Shown here piece by piece: positions 9,689 to 18,748 of a stretch of DNA of 64,000 nucleotides; within the stretch, counting starts at the first letter, position 1; every line of letters starts with the position of its first letter. Below the pieces are notes generated by a model that worked only from the letters and a program-made list of their open reading frames with translations, did not search any database and was not told the origin of the DNA. Origin of the DNA: an uncultured Actinomycetes bacterium (GTDB lineage: Bacteria > Actinomycetota > Thermoleophilia > Gaiellales > JAICJC01). A program made the position numbers and the translations under genes. Location of the stretch: the NCBI GenBank assembly GCA_963805545.1, contig CAWDUU010000009.1, positions 321,741 through 385,740 on the forward strand. Direction: 5' to 3'.

Positions 9689-10497
9689 GCGCGACCGCCG
9701 GACGCATCGCCCGCGGGATCCTGAGCGGCTACTTCCTGCTCATGGTCGTGTTCCTGTACGCGCCCGTCGTCGTGCTGGTCATCTTCTCGTTCAACGACAA
9801 CACGACGCCGACCCTGCCGCTGGCCGGCTTCACGACCCACTGGTACCACATCGCGCTCGGGAACGACCTCCTGCTCGCCGCGGTCAAGCGCAGCGCGGCC
9901 ATCGCGGCGCTGAACGGGTTCGCGGCCACGCTCCTCGCCATCCTGGCGGCGCTCGCGCTCTCGGCGCCGCGGGTGTTCGCCCGCCCCGCCGTGACCGCGC
10001 TCGTCATGCTGCCGCTGGTCGTGCCGTACGTCGTCCTCGGCGTCGGGATGCTGGTGCTCCTGAAGACGATCGGGCTCGACCAGTCGCTCTCGGCCGTGCT
10101 CTTCGTGCACGTCGTCGTCTCGGTGCCCTACGGCGTGCTCGTGATCCTGCCGCGGCTCCAGACGCTCGACCCCGCGATCCAGGAGGCGGCACGCGACCTG
10201 GGTGCCGGCGAGATCGCCGCCTTCGTGCGCGTCACCCTGCCGCTCATCCTGCCGGCGATCCTGTCGTCCTACCTGATCGCCTTCACGATCTCGTTCGACG
10301 AGTACGCCATCGCCTCGTTCCTCGTCCCGCCCGGCCACGACACCTTCCCGATCTTCCTCTACTCGAACGCGCGCACCCCGGCCCTGCGCCCGCAGACCGT
10401 CGCCATCGCCGGCCTCGTGATCGCCATATCGCTGGCGCTTGTCGTCGCCGCGGAGATCGGCCGGCGGACGGCGGAGCGGCGCCTGGAGGGCGTCTGA
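9685..10497 (+). CDS. ABC transporter permease (PotC-like)
   Basis: This is the tail of ORF 7729..10497. The GTG at 9685 overlaps the upstream TGA. It has 'QEAARDLGAGEIAAFVRVTLPLILPA' and multiple TM segments. Confidence 0.85.
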   Translation: MSATAGRIARGILSGYFLLMVVFLYAPVVVLVIFSFNDNTTPTLPLAGFTTHWYHIALGNDLLLAAVKRSAAIAALNGFAATLLAILAALALSAPRVFARPAVTALVMLPLVVPYVVLGVGMLVLLKTIGLDQSLSAVLFVHVVVSVPYGVLVILPRLQTLDPAIQEAARDLGAGEIAAFVRVTLPLILPAILSSYLIAFTISFDEYAIASFLVPPGHDTFPIFLYSNARTPALRPQTVAIAGLVIAISLALVVAAEIGRRTAERRLEGV

Positions 10498-10530
10498 TGC
10501 TCGGGCCGATCCACTAGGCTCGCTTGCGCA

Positions 10531-11526
10531 TTGCGCATCCTGCTCGTCTCAGGCATGTACCCCTCTCCGGAACGCCCCGAGTACGGCGTCTTCGTCGAGC
10601 GGCTCGCACTCGCGCTTCGGGCCCGCGGCCACGAGGTCGACGAGGCGGTCCTCACGAGCGGCCGGCGCGGCAGGGTCGCCACCCCCGTCGCCTACGCGGG
10701 CCTCCTGGCCCGCACGCTCGCGGCCGCGCGCCGGACGAAGCCCGACGTGGTGTACGCCCACTACCTCGTGCCGCCCGGCCTGATCGCGGCCGTGACACGT
10801 TGTAAGTATGCAGTCACTGCTCACGGCGGCGACGTGCGAAACGCCCGCTCGAGCGTCGTCATCGGCCTTCTCACGAAGGTGGTTGTCCGCCGGTCGCAGG
10901 CCGTGATCTGCGTGTCGGAGTACGTGCGCGAACGGCTGGGCGCCCCGGCCGAGGTGATCGACTGCGGCGTCGACACGGACCGGTTCCGACCGACGCCGCG
11001 GGCGCCTGGCGGCGACGGCCCGCGCTTCCTGTTCGTCGGCTCGCTCACAGCCCGCAAGAACGTGGGCCGGCTGATGCGGGCGTTCGCCCGGCTGCGGGAG
11101 GGGTCGCTCACGATCATCGGCGCCGGCCCGCTCGAGGCGGAGCTGCGCGCGGCCGCTCCGGCCGGCGTCCGCTTCACGGGCCGGAGGACGCCGGAGGGCG
11201 TGCTGCTGGCGCTCCGCGAGCACGACGTCGTGTGTCTGCCGAGCCTCGAGGAGCCCCAGGGCCAGGCGATGCTCGAGGCGCTGGCGTCCGGGCGGCCCGT
11301 GGTCGCGACGACCATCGGGGGCCCGCCCGAGATCGTGACGCCGGCGTGCGGCGCGCTCGTCGATCCCTACGACGAGGAGGCGATTGCCGCCGGCATGCGC
11401 GCGGCGGCCGCCCTGCCGGTGCCGTGCGCCGCTGCCGTGCGCGTCGCCGAGGAGCACGCGCTGACGCATCAGGCCGAGCGGATCGAGGCCGTGCTGGCCC
11501 GCGCCGCCGGTATCGTTCTCCCATGA
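10531..11526 (+). CDS. Glycosyltransferase family 4 (GT-B, RfaG-like)
   Basis: 331-aa ORF with TTG start. It begins 'MRILLVSGMYPSPERPEYGVFV' and has the C-terminal E-x7-E region 'LPSLEEPQGQAMLEALASGRPVV'. Confidence 0.85.
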   Translation: MRILLVSGMYPSPERPEYGVFVERLALALRARGHEVDEAVLTSGRRGRVATPVAYAGLLARTLAAARRTKPDVVYAHYLVPPGLIAAVTRCKYAVTAHGGDVRNARSSVVIGLLTKVVVRRSQAVICVSEYVRERLGAPAEVIDCGVDTDRFRPTPRAPGGDGPRFLFVGSLTARKNVGRLMRAFARLREGSLTIIGAGPLEAELRAAAPAGVRFTGRRTPEGVLLALREHDVVCLPSLEEPQGQAMLEALASGRPVVATTIGGPPEIVTPACGALVDPYDEEAIAAGMRAAAALPVPCAAAVRVAEEHALTHQAERIEAVLARAAGIVLP

Positions 11527-11942
11527 CCGTGTGGTGGCTGCTGGTGGCGGTGCCGGCCGCCGTGGTGGGCGCGCTGCGCCTGCGTGGGCGGCGGGCGGAA
11601 CGCCGGCGCCCGCCGGCGCGGGTCGCCGCCGCGGTGCTCGGGCTGGCCGAGTTCCCGGCCGGCGGGGCGCTCGTCCAGTTCTCGAATCCCAGCCCGGCCT
11701 CGCGGGTCGCGCTCAACCGGCTCGCCGAGGCTGTGGCCCATCACCCGGGCGTGACGGTCGTCGAGCTGCCGTCGAGCAGCCCGTGCGCGTCGATGCTCCA
11801 GGTGCGGTCGGCGCCGACCGTGCTGCTCGTCGACTCGTCGGGCGCGGTGGTGCGCCGCTGGACGAAGCCGCCCGAGCGCGCGGAGCTGGCCGCGCTCCTC
11901 GACCCGGCCGCTCAGGCCCCGGTCGCCGCGGCCTCCAGGTAG
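11523..11942 (+). CDS. Membrane-anchored thioredoxin-fold-like protein lacking CXXC
   Basis: The ATG at 11523 overlaps the GT4 TGA (ATGA). An N-terminal TM segment ('VWWLLVAVPAAVVGAL') is followed by 'ALVQFSNPSPAS…SAPTVLLVDSSGAVVRRW', which is Trx-like but has no Cys pair. The functional call is weak. Confidence 0.45.
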   Translation: MTVWWLLVAVPAAVVGALRLRGRRAERRRPPARVAAAVLGLAEFPAGGALVQFSNPSPASRVALNRLAEAVAHHPGVTVVELPSSSPCASMLQVRSAPTVLLVDSSGAVVRRWTKPPERAELAALLDPAAQAPVAAASR

Positions 11943-12898
11943 AAGCCGTTCTCGTACAGGTCGGCGACCTGATCGAGCTCGGCCTCCGAGAGGTCGGCCG
12001 TCTCGGGCGCCGCCGCGAACTCGCGCAGCTGCTCGGAGTCGTAGATGTTGGGGAGGACGGTGGTCACGGCCGGCTCGGCCAGGAGCCACTTCATCGCGGC
12101 CTGCCCGAGCGTGCGCCCCTCGGTCAGGAAGCCGAGCCGCTCGACCTTCCGGAGCCCCTGCTCGAGCCACTCCTTGGGACGGTGGCGGCGGTGGTCGTTG
12201 GCGGCGAAGACGGTGTCCTTGGTGTACTTGCCCTCGAGCATGCCCGAGGAGTGGGGGACGCGCGCCATGAGGCCGATGCCGTTCGCCCGCGCGGCCTCGA
12301 TCAGCTCGCGTCCGGGATCCTGCTCGAGCAGGTTGTGGATGATCTGGCCCGCCGCGAGCGGCCGGGTCGTGAACGCCTCGAGGCCCTCGTCGCGCCAGCC
12401 GATGGCCGGCCCCAGCGCGACCCCGTAGGCCCGGATCTTGCCGGCCGCCTTCGCCTCCTCGAGCACCTCGAAGACGGCGTCCGACCGGATCGCGTCCATG
12501 CGCGGGTTGTGGAGCTGGTAGACGTCGATGCGGTCGGTGCCGAGCCGCGAGAGGCTCTGCTCGAGCGCGAAGCGGATGAACTTGGGCGACCAGTCGTGCG
12601 GCCGCTCGACGTGGCCCTTGCGCTCCCACGGCGAGTAGATGTCATACCCGAACTTGGTGGCGATGGTGATGTCGTCGCGGACGTCGCCGAGCGCCTGGGC
12701 GAGCAGCGTCTCGCCCCGGCCCTCGCCGTAGGTGTCGGCGGTGTCGAAGAAGGTGATGCCGAGGTCGTGCGCCTCCCGCAGCAGGGCGACCGCCGACTCG
12801 TCGGAGTGCTCGCCCCACCAGCCCGTCGAGATCGTCCAGAGCCCGAACCCGACCTCGGAGGCCGCGATCCCGGACGTGCCGAAGGTGCGCGTCTTCAC
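11912..12898 (-). CDS. Aldo/keto reductase family oxidoreductase
   Basis: This is the C-terminal 328 aa of ORF 11912..13420(-). It has 'GFGLWTIS…FFDTADTYGEGRGE', 'IDVYQLHNP' and 'IRAYGVALG'. The GTG start at 12898 overlaps the upstream TGA. Confidence 0.88.
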   Translation of the reverse strand: MKTRTFGTSGIAASEVGFGLWTISTGWWGEHSDESAVALLREAHDLGITFFDTADTYGEGRGETLLAQALGDVRDDITIATKFGYDIYSPWERKGHVERPHDWSPKFIRFALEQSLSRLGTDRIDVYQLHNPRMDAIRSDAVFEVLEEAKAAGKIRAYGVALGPAIGWRDEGLEAFTTRPLAAGQIIHNLLEQDPGRELIEAARANGIGLMARVPHSSGMLEGKYTKDTVFAANDHRRHRPKEWLEQGLRKVERLGFLTEGRTLGQAAMKWLLAEPAVTTVLPNIYDSEQLREFAAAPETADLSEAELDQVADLYENGFYLEAAATGA

Positions 12899-13134
12899 GC
12901 CTCGGAGTGTAATTGGTCCAGAGATTCCAGCCGCCGCTCGATGAACGGCCGGAAGCGCTCGCCCACGCCGACCTCCTCGGCCATCCGCAGCGCCTGCTCG
13001 TAGGTGCCGCGGGCCTTGGCGTACTTGTCGTCGCCGCCCTGCTTCAGCCGGTTGTCGCCGACGATGATGAGCTTTCTGATTCGCTCGGCGGCCACGTCGG
13101 GGTCGACGTCGGGCATGGCCCAAGGATAGGCCAT
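12895..13134 (-). CDS. Small hypothetical protein, translationally coupled to the aldo/keto reductase
   Basis: 79-aa ORF with helical, charged sequence ('AERIRKLIIVGDNRLKQGGDDKYAKARGTYEQALRMAEE'). Its stop overlaps the AKR start codon (GTGA). Confidence 0.45.
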   Translation of the reverse strand: MAYPWAMPDVDPDVAAERIRKLIIVGDNRLKQGGDDKYAKARGTYEQALRMAEEVGVGERFRPFIERRLESLDQLHSEA

Positions 13135-13148
13135 CTAGAATTGGCCCC

Positions 13149-14163
13149 ATGGCGACCGCCGCAGTCCGGCTCACCCAGCTCTCGCACGGCGCGGGCTGCG
13201 CGTGCAAGCTCCCCGCCGGGTCGCTGCGCGAGGTGCTGGCGGCGCTGCCGGCCTTCGAGGCGGCCGACCTGCTGGTGGGCCACACCGGGCTCGACGACGC
13301 GGCCGTATGGCGGGTCTCCGACGAGCTGGCCGTCGTCCAGACCATCGACTTCTTCACGCCGCTCGTGGACGACCCGTACACGTTCGGGCGGATCGCGGCC
13401 ACGAACGCCTTCTCGGACATCTACGCGATGGGCGGCCGGCCGGCGTTCGCCCTGAACGTGGTCGCGTTCCCGAAGACGCTGCCGATGGAGCTTCTCGGCG
13501 AGATCCTGCGCGGAGGGGCCGACGTGGCCCTGGCGGCCGGGGCGGTCGTCGCCGGCGGCCACTCGATCGACGATCCCGAGCCCAAGTACGGCATGGCGGT
13601 CACCGGGTTCGTGCATCCCGGCGAGGTGTGGACGAACGCGGGCGGGCGCGAGGGCGACGTGCTCGTGCTCACGAAGCCGATCGGCACCGGGATCGTGACG
13701 ACGGCGGTGAAGCGCGGCGCGCCGGATCCGGAGGTGGTCGATCGCGGCGGTCGCCTCGATGACGACGCTCAACGCCGAGGCCGCCGAGCTCGTGCGCGCG
13801 GCCCGCCCGCACGCCGTCACCGACGTCACCGGGTTCGGGCTGGTCGGCCACGCCCGCGAGGTGGCCGACGGCGCGGGCCTCCGTGCCGAGATCGACCTCG
13901 CGGCCGTCGAGCTCCTGCCCGGCGTGCGCGAACTGATCGCCGAGGGACACGTGCCCGGCGGCACGCGGACGAACCTCGACCTGGCCGCCGGTTACGCCGA
14001 GTTCGGTGCCGCGCTGGACGAGGCCGACAGGCTCCTGGCCTGCGACGCACAGACGTCCGGAGGCCTCCTCGTGGCGCTCCCGCCGGAGCGCGCGAGGGCG
14101 CTTCCGTGGCCGGCGATCGGCCGTCTCACGGCGGGGCCGGCCGGGACCGTGCTGGTAGACTGA
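13149..14163 (+). pseudogene. selD: Selenide, water dikinase (selenophosphate synthetase), Cys-type, with a +1 frame break near 13740
   Basis: The N-terminal part is in frame 13149 ('LSHGAGCACKLPAG', 'DDAAVW', 'DFFTPLVDDPYTFGRIAATNAFSDIYAMGG'). The C-terminal part is in frame 13759 ('MTTLNAEAA…VTDVTGFGLVGHAREV…HVPGGTRTN…CDAQTSGGLLVAL'). The two halves join at '…PEVVD|(I)AAVASMTTLN', which needs one base removed. Confidence 0.85.
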
Positions 14164-14167
14164 CCGC

Positions 14168-14392
14168 GTGTTCACGCACATCCTCTCGGGCCTCCAGGTC
14201 ATCCTCGGCGTGGCCCTCGTGGTGCTCGTGCTGATGCACTCCGGGAAGGACACCGGGCTCTCGGGCATGCTCAATCCCGGCGGGTCGAGCTACGGCGGCA
14301 CCGCCGTCATGGAGCGCAACCTGACCCGGCTCACGATCTTCGTGGCCGTGCTCTTCACCGCCAACGTGATCGCCCTCGGTTTCCTGCTCTAG
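14168..14392 (+). CDS. secG: Preprotein translocase subunit SecG
   Basis: 74-aa ORF with two TM segments and a Gly-rich loop ('VLMHSGKDTGLSGMLNPGGSSYGGTAVMERNLTR'). Confidence 0.85.
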   Translation: MFTHILSGLQVILGVALVVLVLMHSGKDTGLSGMLNPGGSSYGGTAVMERNLTRLTIFVAVLFTANVIALGFLL

Positions 14393-14465
14393 GCCGCAAC
14401 AGCGGGATTCAAGACCGCGGCGGCGGGGCGGCCGCGAGCCGGTAGACTCCGGGGTCGCACCGCAC

Positions 14466-14551
<86 letters not shown>

Positions 14552-14557
14552 TGACCC

Positions 14558-14591
14558 GAAACCCGCTTGAATAGGCGGCTTTCGGCGTTTT
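14558..14591 (+). terminator. Possible intrinsic terminator after tRNA-Leu
   Basis: The hairpin GAAACCCGC-(TTGAATAG)-GCGGCTTTC has one C·C mismatch and is followed by GGCGTTTT. Confidence 0.35.
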
Positions 14592-14781
14592 GCATCCATC
14601 GACGGCTTGTCGTGAGCCGACTCGGGCCTAGTCGCCGTTCGGTGCGGCGGTGGTGAGCCGAGCGCCGCGATAGGCTGCCGCGGTCGTGAAGGGAGGGTGA
14701 TCGAGGCGTCGACGCCCGGGTAGGGTCGACCACCACCATCTGGTGATGTCTTCGGCCTCAACCGCTGCCGACGCCGACCAC

Positions 14782-15414
14782 ATGAGAACGATTCGCGTGT
14801 TCGCGTTGGCGACCCTGGCCGTGGTCGCCTTCGCATCAACCGCTCAAGCGGCCACGATCCGCTTTGCCCACCAGGACTGGCACCGGTTCAAGTCGACCGG
14901 CAAGCTGGGCCAGAAGTGGGATCCGGCGATGGTGTCGAAGTCGCACGGCCGTCTCACCGAGCGGATCCAGGGTGACGTCGCAGGCGGCGTCGGCTCGACC
15001 CGCTATCAGCTGCGCGGCCGCTACGACATGGACTTCCGCATCTCCGCCGGGGCCGGCAAGTTCGTGCTGCTCCTGGCCGGCCGCGAGGGCACGCCCTTCA
15101 ACGAGCTCGACTTCGCCGAGGGCAAGGTGGGCGACTCCAAGCGCAGGGAGATCATCGCCACCCGCCACTGGGGCGTCGGCCGCTCGCATCTGAAGCAGCA
15201 TCGCGTCCGCGCCAACTTCACCCGCTGGCACCACATCACCGTGGTGTGGAAGCGGCACAAGATGAACGTGCGGCTGGACGGCGTCCGCTTCGCGCACTTC
15301 ACCCGCCACATCTCAAAGACGCCGATGGCGCTCAAGATCCAGACCGCCGGCGCGAACGTAGGCGGCGCGGGACCAGACGCGCGGCTTCAGGTGGAGCACC
15401 TGAAGATCAGCTAG
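14782..15414 (+). CDS. Secreted concanavalin-A-like/GH16-like protein
   Basis: It has a signal peptide ('MRTIRVFALATLAVVAFASTAQA|A'). The internal 'NELDFAEG' fits the GH16 ExDxxE catalytic pattern. GTG 14743 is the maximal start. The family call is motif-based only. Confidence 0.55.
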   Translation: MRTIRVFALATLAVVAFASTAQAATIRFAHQDWHRFKSTGKLGQKWDPAMVSKSHGRLTERIQGDVAGGVGSTRYQLRGRYDMDFRISAGAGKFVLLLAGREGTPFNELDFAEGKVGDSKRREIIATRHWGVGRSHLKQHRVRANFTRWHHITVVWKRHKMNVRLDGVRFAHFTRHISKTPMALKIQTAGANVGGAGPDARLQVEHLKIS

Positions 15415-15478
15415 CCCTCCGGCGTCGACGGGGGCGCGCTCAGCGGGCGCTGCGGCCGTCGTCAGCGGGGTTTCGGCG

Positions 15479-16306
15479 TTACGCGGCCGGTTGCACCGCG
15501 CGGCACCGCTCCGCCAGGCGCTCGTCCCCGAGCCGCTCGGCCCATGCGGGCCAGGCGGGCGTCGGCCCGCGCCAGCGCAGGTCGTCGACGCCGCCGAAGA
15601 GGTCGACCTCGTCCCTGAGCGTCGCCAGGTCCTTGAACAGGAGCGCGAGGGCACGCCGGTCGTCGCCGAGCACGGAGGACGGGAAGTTCTCGAGCTCTCC
15701 GTGCTGGTTCACGAGCCGGGCCGCCGTGACGCGGCCGATGCCGGGCACGCCGGGATAGCCGTCCGCGGAGTCGCCGACGAGCGCGAGGAAGTCGGGGATC
15801 AACGCCGGCGGGACGCCGAACTTCTCGCGGACGCCGGCCTCGTTTCGGACCGCCTGAGCGCGGCGGTCGATCTGCACCACGCGGTCGCCGCGCACGCACT
15901 GGGCGAGGTCCTTGTCCGGCGTCCAGATGCGGACCTGCTCGACGCCGTCGTCGGCGGCGGCGATCCGCGCCGCCGCGGCCAGCGCGTCGTCGGCCTCCAG
16001 CTCGACCATCGGCCAGACGGCGATCCCCATCGCCGCGAGCCCCTCCTCGAGCGGCTCGAACTGGGCCCGAAGGGCAGGGTCGACGCCGGCCCCGGTCTTG
16101 TACCCGGGCCAGAGATCGTTTCGGAACGACTCGATGACATGGTCGGTGGCGACGCCGAGGTGGGTCGCGCCCTCCTCCACCATCTGGAGCAGCGAGTGCA
16201 GCACTCCGGAGACGGCGCCCAGACGGTCGTCGCGGGCCGCTCCGCGGCGGCGGCCGTAGAACTGGCGGAAGAGCTCGTACGTCCCGTCGACGAGGTGGAC
16301 GACCAT
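15479..16306 (-). CDS. 5'-3' exonuclease / flap endonuclease (Pol I N-terminal-domain-like)
   Basis: It begins 'MVVHLVDGTYELFRQFYG'. It has acidic clusters ('ELEADDALAAAA') and the H3TH motif 'LVGDSADGYPGVPGIGRVTAARLV'. Confidence 0.85.
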   Translation of the reverse strand: MVVHLVDGTYELFRQFYGRRRGAARDDRLGAVSGVLHSLLQMVEEGATHLGVATDHVIESFRNDLWPGYKTGAGVDPALRAQFEPLEEGLAAMGIAVWPMVELEADDALAAAARIAAADDGVEQVRIWTPDKDLAQCVRGDRVVQIDRRAQAVRNEAGVREKFGVPPALIPDFLALVGDSADGYPGVPGIGRVTAARLVNQHGELENFPSSVLGDDRRALALLFKDLATLRDEVDLFGGVDDLRWRGPTPAWPAWAERLGDERLAERCRAVQPAA

Positions 16307-16470
16307 CGAACCGGCATCGTCGCACGGCCCGGCGGACGGCGGGTACCTCAACGCGACGGTGAGGAAATCTTGCGGGCTTTTGCGGAGCAGATCCCGTAGA
16401 AATCGCGCTGGTCCGGTGCCGATGGATTCCGTACGTTCGGTCGAGCGTCAATCGAATCGGAGGAATCTGG

Positions 16471-17589
16471 ATGCTCTCGCCCTTCAAGCAGGCAATGCTG
16501 TTCGTTCTTGGCCTCGTCGCCATCTTCGTCGTCGTCACGGTGACCGTGCTGGCCGCCGTCGACGCCAGGCACGCCAACGCCGGCGGCTCCAAGCCCGGCA
16601 CCCACAGGGCGCACGGCAGCCTCGGAATGGCGGGGATGATCATGCCGACCGCGAACACGACGACCACGGCCGACGACCTCCAGAGCTTCGCGAACGCCGC
16701 GCCGCAGAACGCCTCGGAGCTGGCCGCGAAGCAGACGCCGTACGACGCGACGCTGCCGCCGGTCATGCCCGGTCCGGTCGCGCACGTCGACCTGTCGATC
16801 AACGAGCAGACCGCCCAGATCGCGCCGGGCGTCAGGTATCAGACCTGGACGTTCGGCAAGACCGCGCCCGGCCCGACGATCCACGTCCGCCAGGGCCAGA
16901 TGGTCTCGGTGACCCTGACCAACCACGGCATGATGCCGCACTCGATCGACTTCCACGCCGCGCAGGTCGCACCGAACGAGGACTTCGTCGACATCATGCC
17001 CGGCAAGTCGATCCACTTCACCTTCCGGGCCGAGCTCGCCGGTGTGTTCATGTACCACTGCGGCACCGTCCCGGCGATGGATCACATGGCGAACGGCATG
17101 TACGGCGCCATCGTCGTCGACCCGAAGAAGCCGCTTCCGCCCGCCGACCGCTCCTACGTGCTCGTCTCCAGCGAGTGGTACCTGAACTCGGACGGCCTCT
17201 CCGAGCCGGCCGGGCTGAACACCACCAAGCTGCTCGACCAGCTGCCCGACTGGGTGACGTGGAACGGGTACGCCAACCAGTACAAGACGCATCCGCTTCA
17301 GGCCGACCCAGGCGACACGATCCGGTTCTACGTCGTCGACGCCGGCCCCAACCTCGACAACGACTTCCACGTCGTCGGCAGCGTGCTGAAGCGGGCCTGG
17401 ATCGACGGCGACGTCACCCACGAGCTGAACAACATCCAGACGGCGGGCGTCCCCGCCGGCGGGGCCGGCATCTTCGACGTCCAGATCCCGCACCCGGGCC
17501 TGTACCCGTTCGTGTCGCACAGCTTCGCCGCCGTCGGGCACGGCGAGGTCGGCCTGCTGTCAATCGGCGGGGTCCTGCCGAAGTCCTGA
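16471..17589 (+). CDS. Membrane-anchored two-domain cupredoxin protein, copper-containing nitrite reductase (NirK)-like
   Basis: An N-terminal TM segment ('AMLFVLGLVAIFVVVTVTVLAAV') is followed by 'PHSIDFHAAQ' and 'MYHCGTVPAMDHMANGMYG' (type-1 Cu C-H-M spacing plus type-2 His). There is also a C-terminal 'FVSHSF'. GGAGG precedes the ATG. Confidence 0.7.
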   Translation: MLSPFKQAMLFVLGLVAIFVVVTVTVLAAVDARHANAGGSKPGTHRAHGSLGMAGMIMPTANTTTTADDLQSFANAAPQNASELAAKQTPYDATLPPVMPGPVAHVDLSINEQTAQIAPGVRYQTWTFGKTAPGPTIHVRQGQMVSVTLTNHGMMPHSIDFHAAQVAPNEDFVDIMPGKSIHFTFRAELAGVFMYHCGTVPAMDHMANGMYGAIVVDPKKPLPPADRSYVLVSSEWYLNSDGLSEPAGLNTTKLLDQLPDWVTWNGYANQYKTHPLQADPGDTIRFYVVDAGPNLDNDFHVVGSVLKRAWIDGDVTHELNNIQTAGVPAGGAGIFDVQIPHPGLYPFVSHSFAAVGHGEVGLLSIGGVLPKS

Positions 17590-18693
17590 GCGGGCTCCGG
17601 CCGTGCCGCGGCCGAGGAACGAGCGGTACCGCTCCGCGAACCAGTGCAGGCCGCTGTCCATCGCGGGGTACACGCCGTGGGTGAAGGCGCGCGATGCGAC
17701 CCCCAGCTGGACGCGCTCGCACACGGCGGCGTCCTGGGCGCTCACGAGCTCGCTGAAGTCGACGACGTCACTCGGGTCGAAGCCGTCGGCTGCGATCGTG
17801 TCGGGAGCGAACAGGTACTGAACCACGAGCTCGCAGGTGTCGACGGAGCGCGGATGGATGGTGCTGAGGGTTGCGACCTGACCGCTCACGCCGATCGTGG
17901 CGTTCGGGAAGACGTAGGCGCCGTACACCGACGCCGCTTCCTCGGCGGACAGCCGGGGGAGCAACGGGAGGACGGTGGTGCCGGATGCCGTGAGGGCGGC
18001 GGCGCCTGACTTGAGCGCGACGCCCCAGTCGGGGCGATCCGGATCGACGACGGCACCCCTCCGATACGTGGGGACCAGGTCGACGAGCTCGGGGTGGACG
18101 GTGGGGCAGTGCAGGCACTCCTCGTAGTTCTCGACGAGGATCTTCCAGTTCGCGCGGATGACCCGTGTGGTCGTGTGTCCCACCCGGAGGTTGTCGAGAT
18201 CCCACTTCCCAAAGGCCAGCGGCTGGTCGTCCTGGTCGTCGAGCCATTCGCGCAGGGTGGGAGCGTCGCCCGAGAGGTTGACGAACAGGCAGCCCTGCCA
18301 CTCGTCGACCCGGACCGGGAGAAGGCCCAGGCTCGCCCGGTCGATCTCGTCGCGGCCGACGTTCGGCGTCCCGATCAGGCGCCCGTCGAGGCTGTACGAC
18401 CAGGCGTGGTACGGACATTTGATCGCTCGTCGCAGGGTGCCCTCCCCGGGCCCGCAGAGGAGCGAGCCACGATGCCGGCAGACGTTGTGAAACGCCCGCA
18501 GGGTGCCCTCATGATCGCGAAGGACCAGGATCGGCTGGTCGACGACACCGGCCGTCATGTAGGAGCCGGGCGAGTCGACCGGGTCACGGCGGCCGATGCA
18601 GTACCAGGAGCGCGAGAAGACGCGGTCGAATTCCGACGCGAACACCTCGTGGCCGCGGTAGAGCTCGCCGGCCAAACCCTCCCGTGTCGCCAT
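17560..18693 (-). CDS. Rieske [2Fe-2S] aromatic-ring-hydroxylating oxygenase, alpha subunit
   Basis: 377-aa ORF with the Rieske motif 'CRHRGSLLC…CPYHAWSY'. The catalytic-domain region 'ENYEECLHCPTVHPEL' follows. Confidence 0.85.
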   Translation of the reverse strand: MATREGLAGELYRGHEVFASEFDRVFSRSWYCIGRRDPVDSPGSYMTAGVVDQPILVLRDHEGTLRAFHNVCRHRGSLLCGPGEGTLRRAIKCPYHAWSYSLDGRLIGTPNVGRDEIDRASLGLLPVRVDEWQGCLFVNLSGDAPTLREWLDDQDDQPLAFGKWDLDNLRVGHTTTRVIRANWKILVENYEECLHCPTVHPELVDLVPTYRRGAVVDPDRPDWGVALKSGAAALTASGTTVLPLLPRLSAEEAASVYGAYVFPNATIGVSGQVATLSTIHPRSVDTCELVVQYLFAPDTIAADGFDPSDVVDFSELVSAQDAAVCERVQLGVASRAFTHGVYPAMDSGLHWFAERYRSFLGRGTAGARSGLRQDPAD

Positions 18694-18748
18694 CGTGCCA
18701 GGATAAGCCTGGCCGGATGGTCGATCAACATCCAGGCGGCGGAGTCAA

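Noticed and set aside
10521-10540. The repeated palindromic hexamer TGCGCA-T-TGCGCA at the start of the glycosyltransferase gene.
   Set aside because: It is short, GC-rich and overlaps the TTG start codon. It could be an operator, but a 6-mer duplicated once is within chance expectation, and I found no second copy.
13149-14234. selD as a selenoprotein (in-frame TGA) or the 361-aa ORF 13149..14234 as the true product.
   Set aside because: The active-site residue is encoded by TGC (Cys). The tail of the 361-aa ORF after residue ~198 is Arg-rich junk, whereas the +1 frame carries the conserved SelD C-terminal half ending at 14163.
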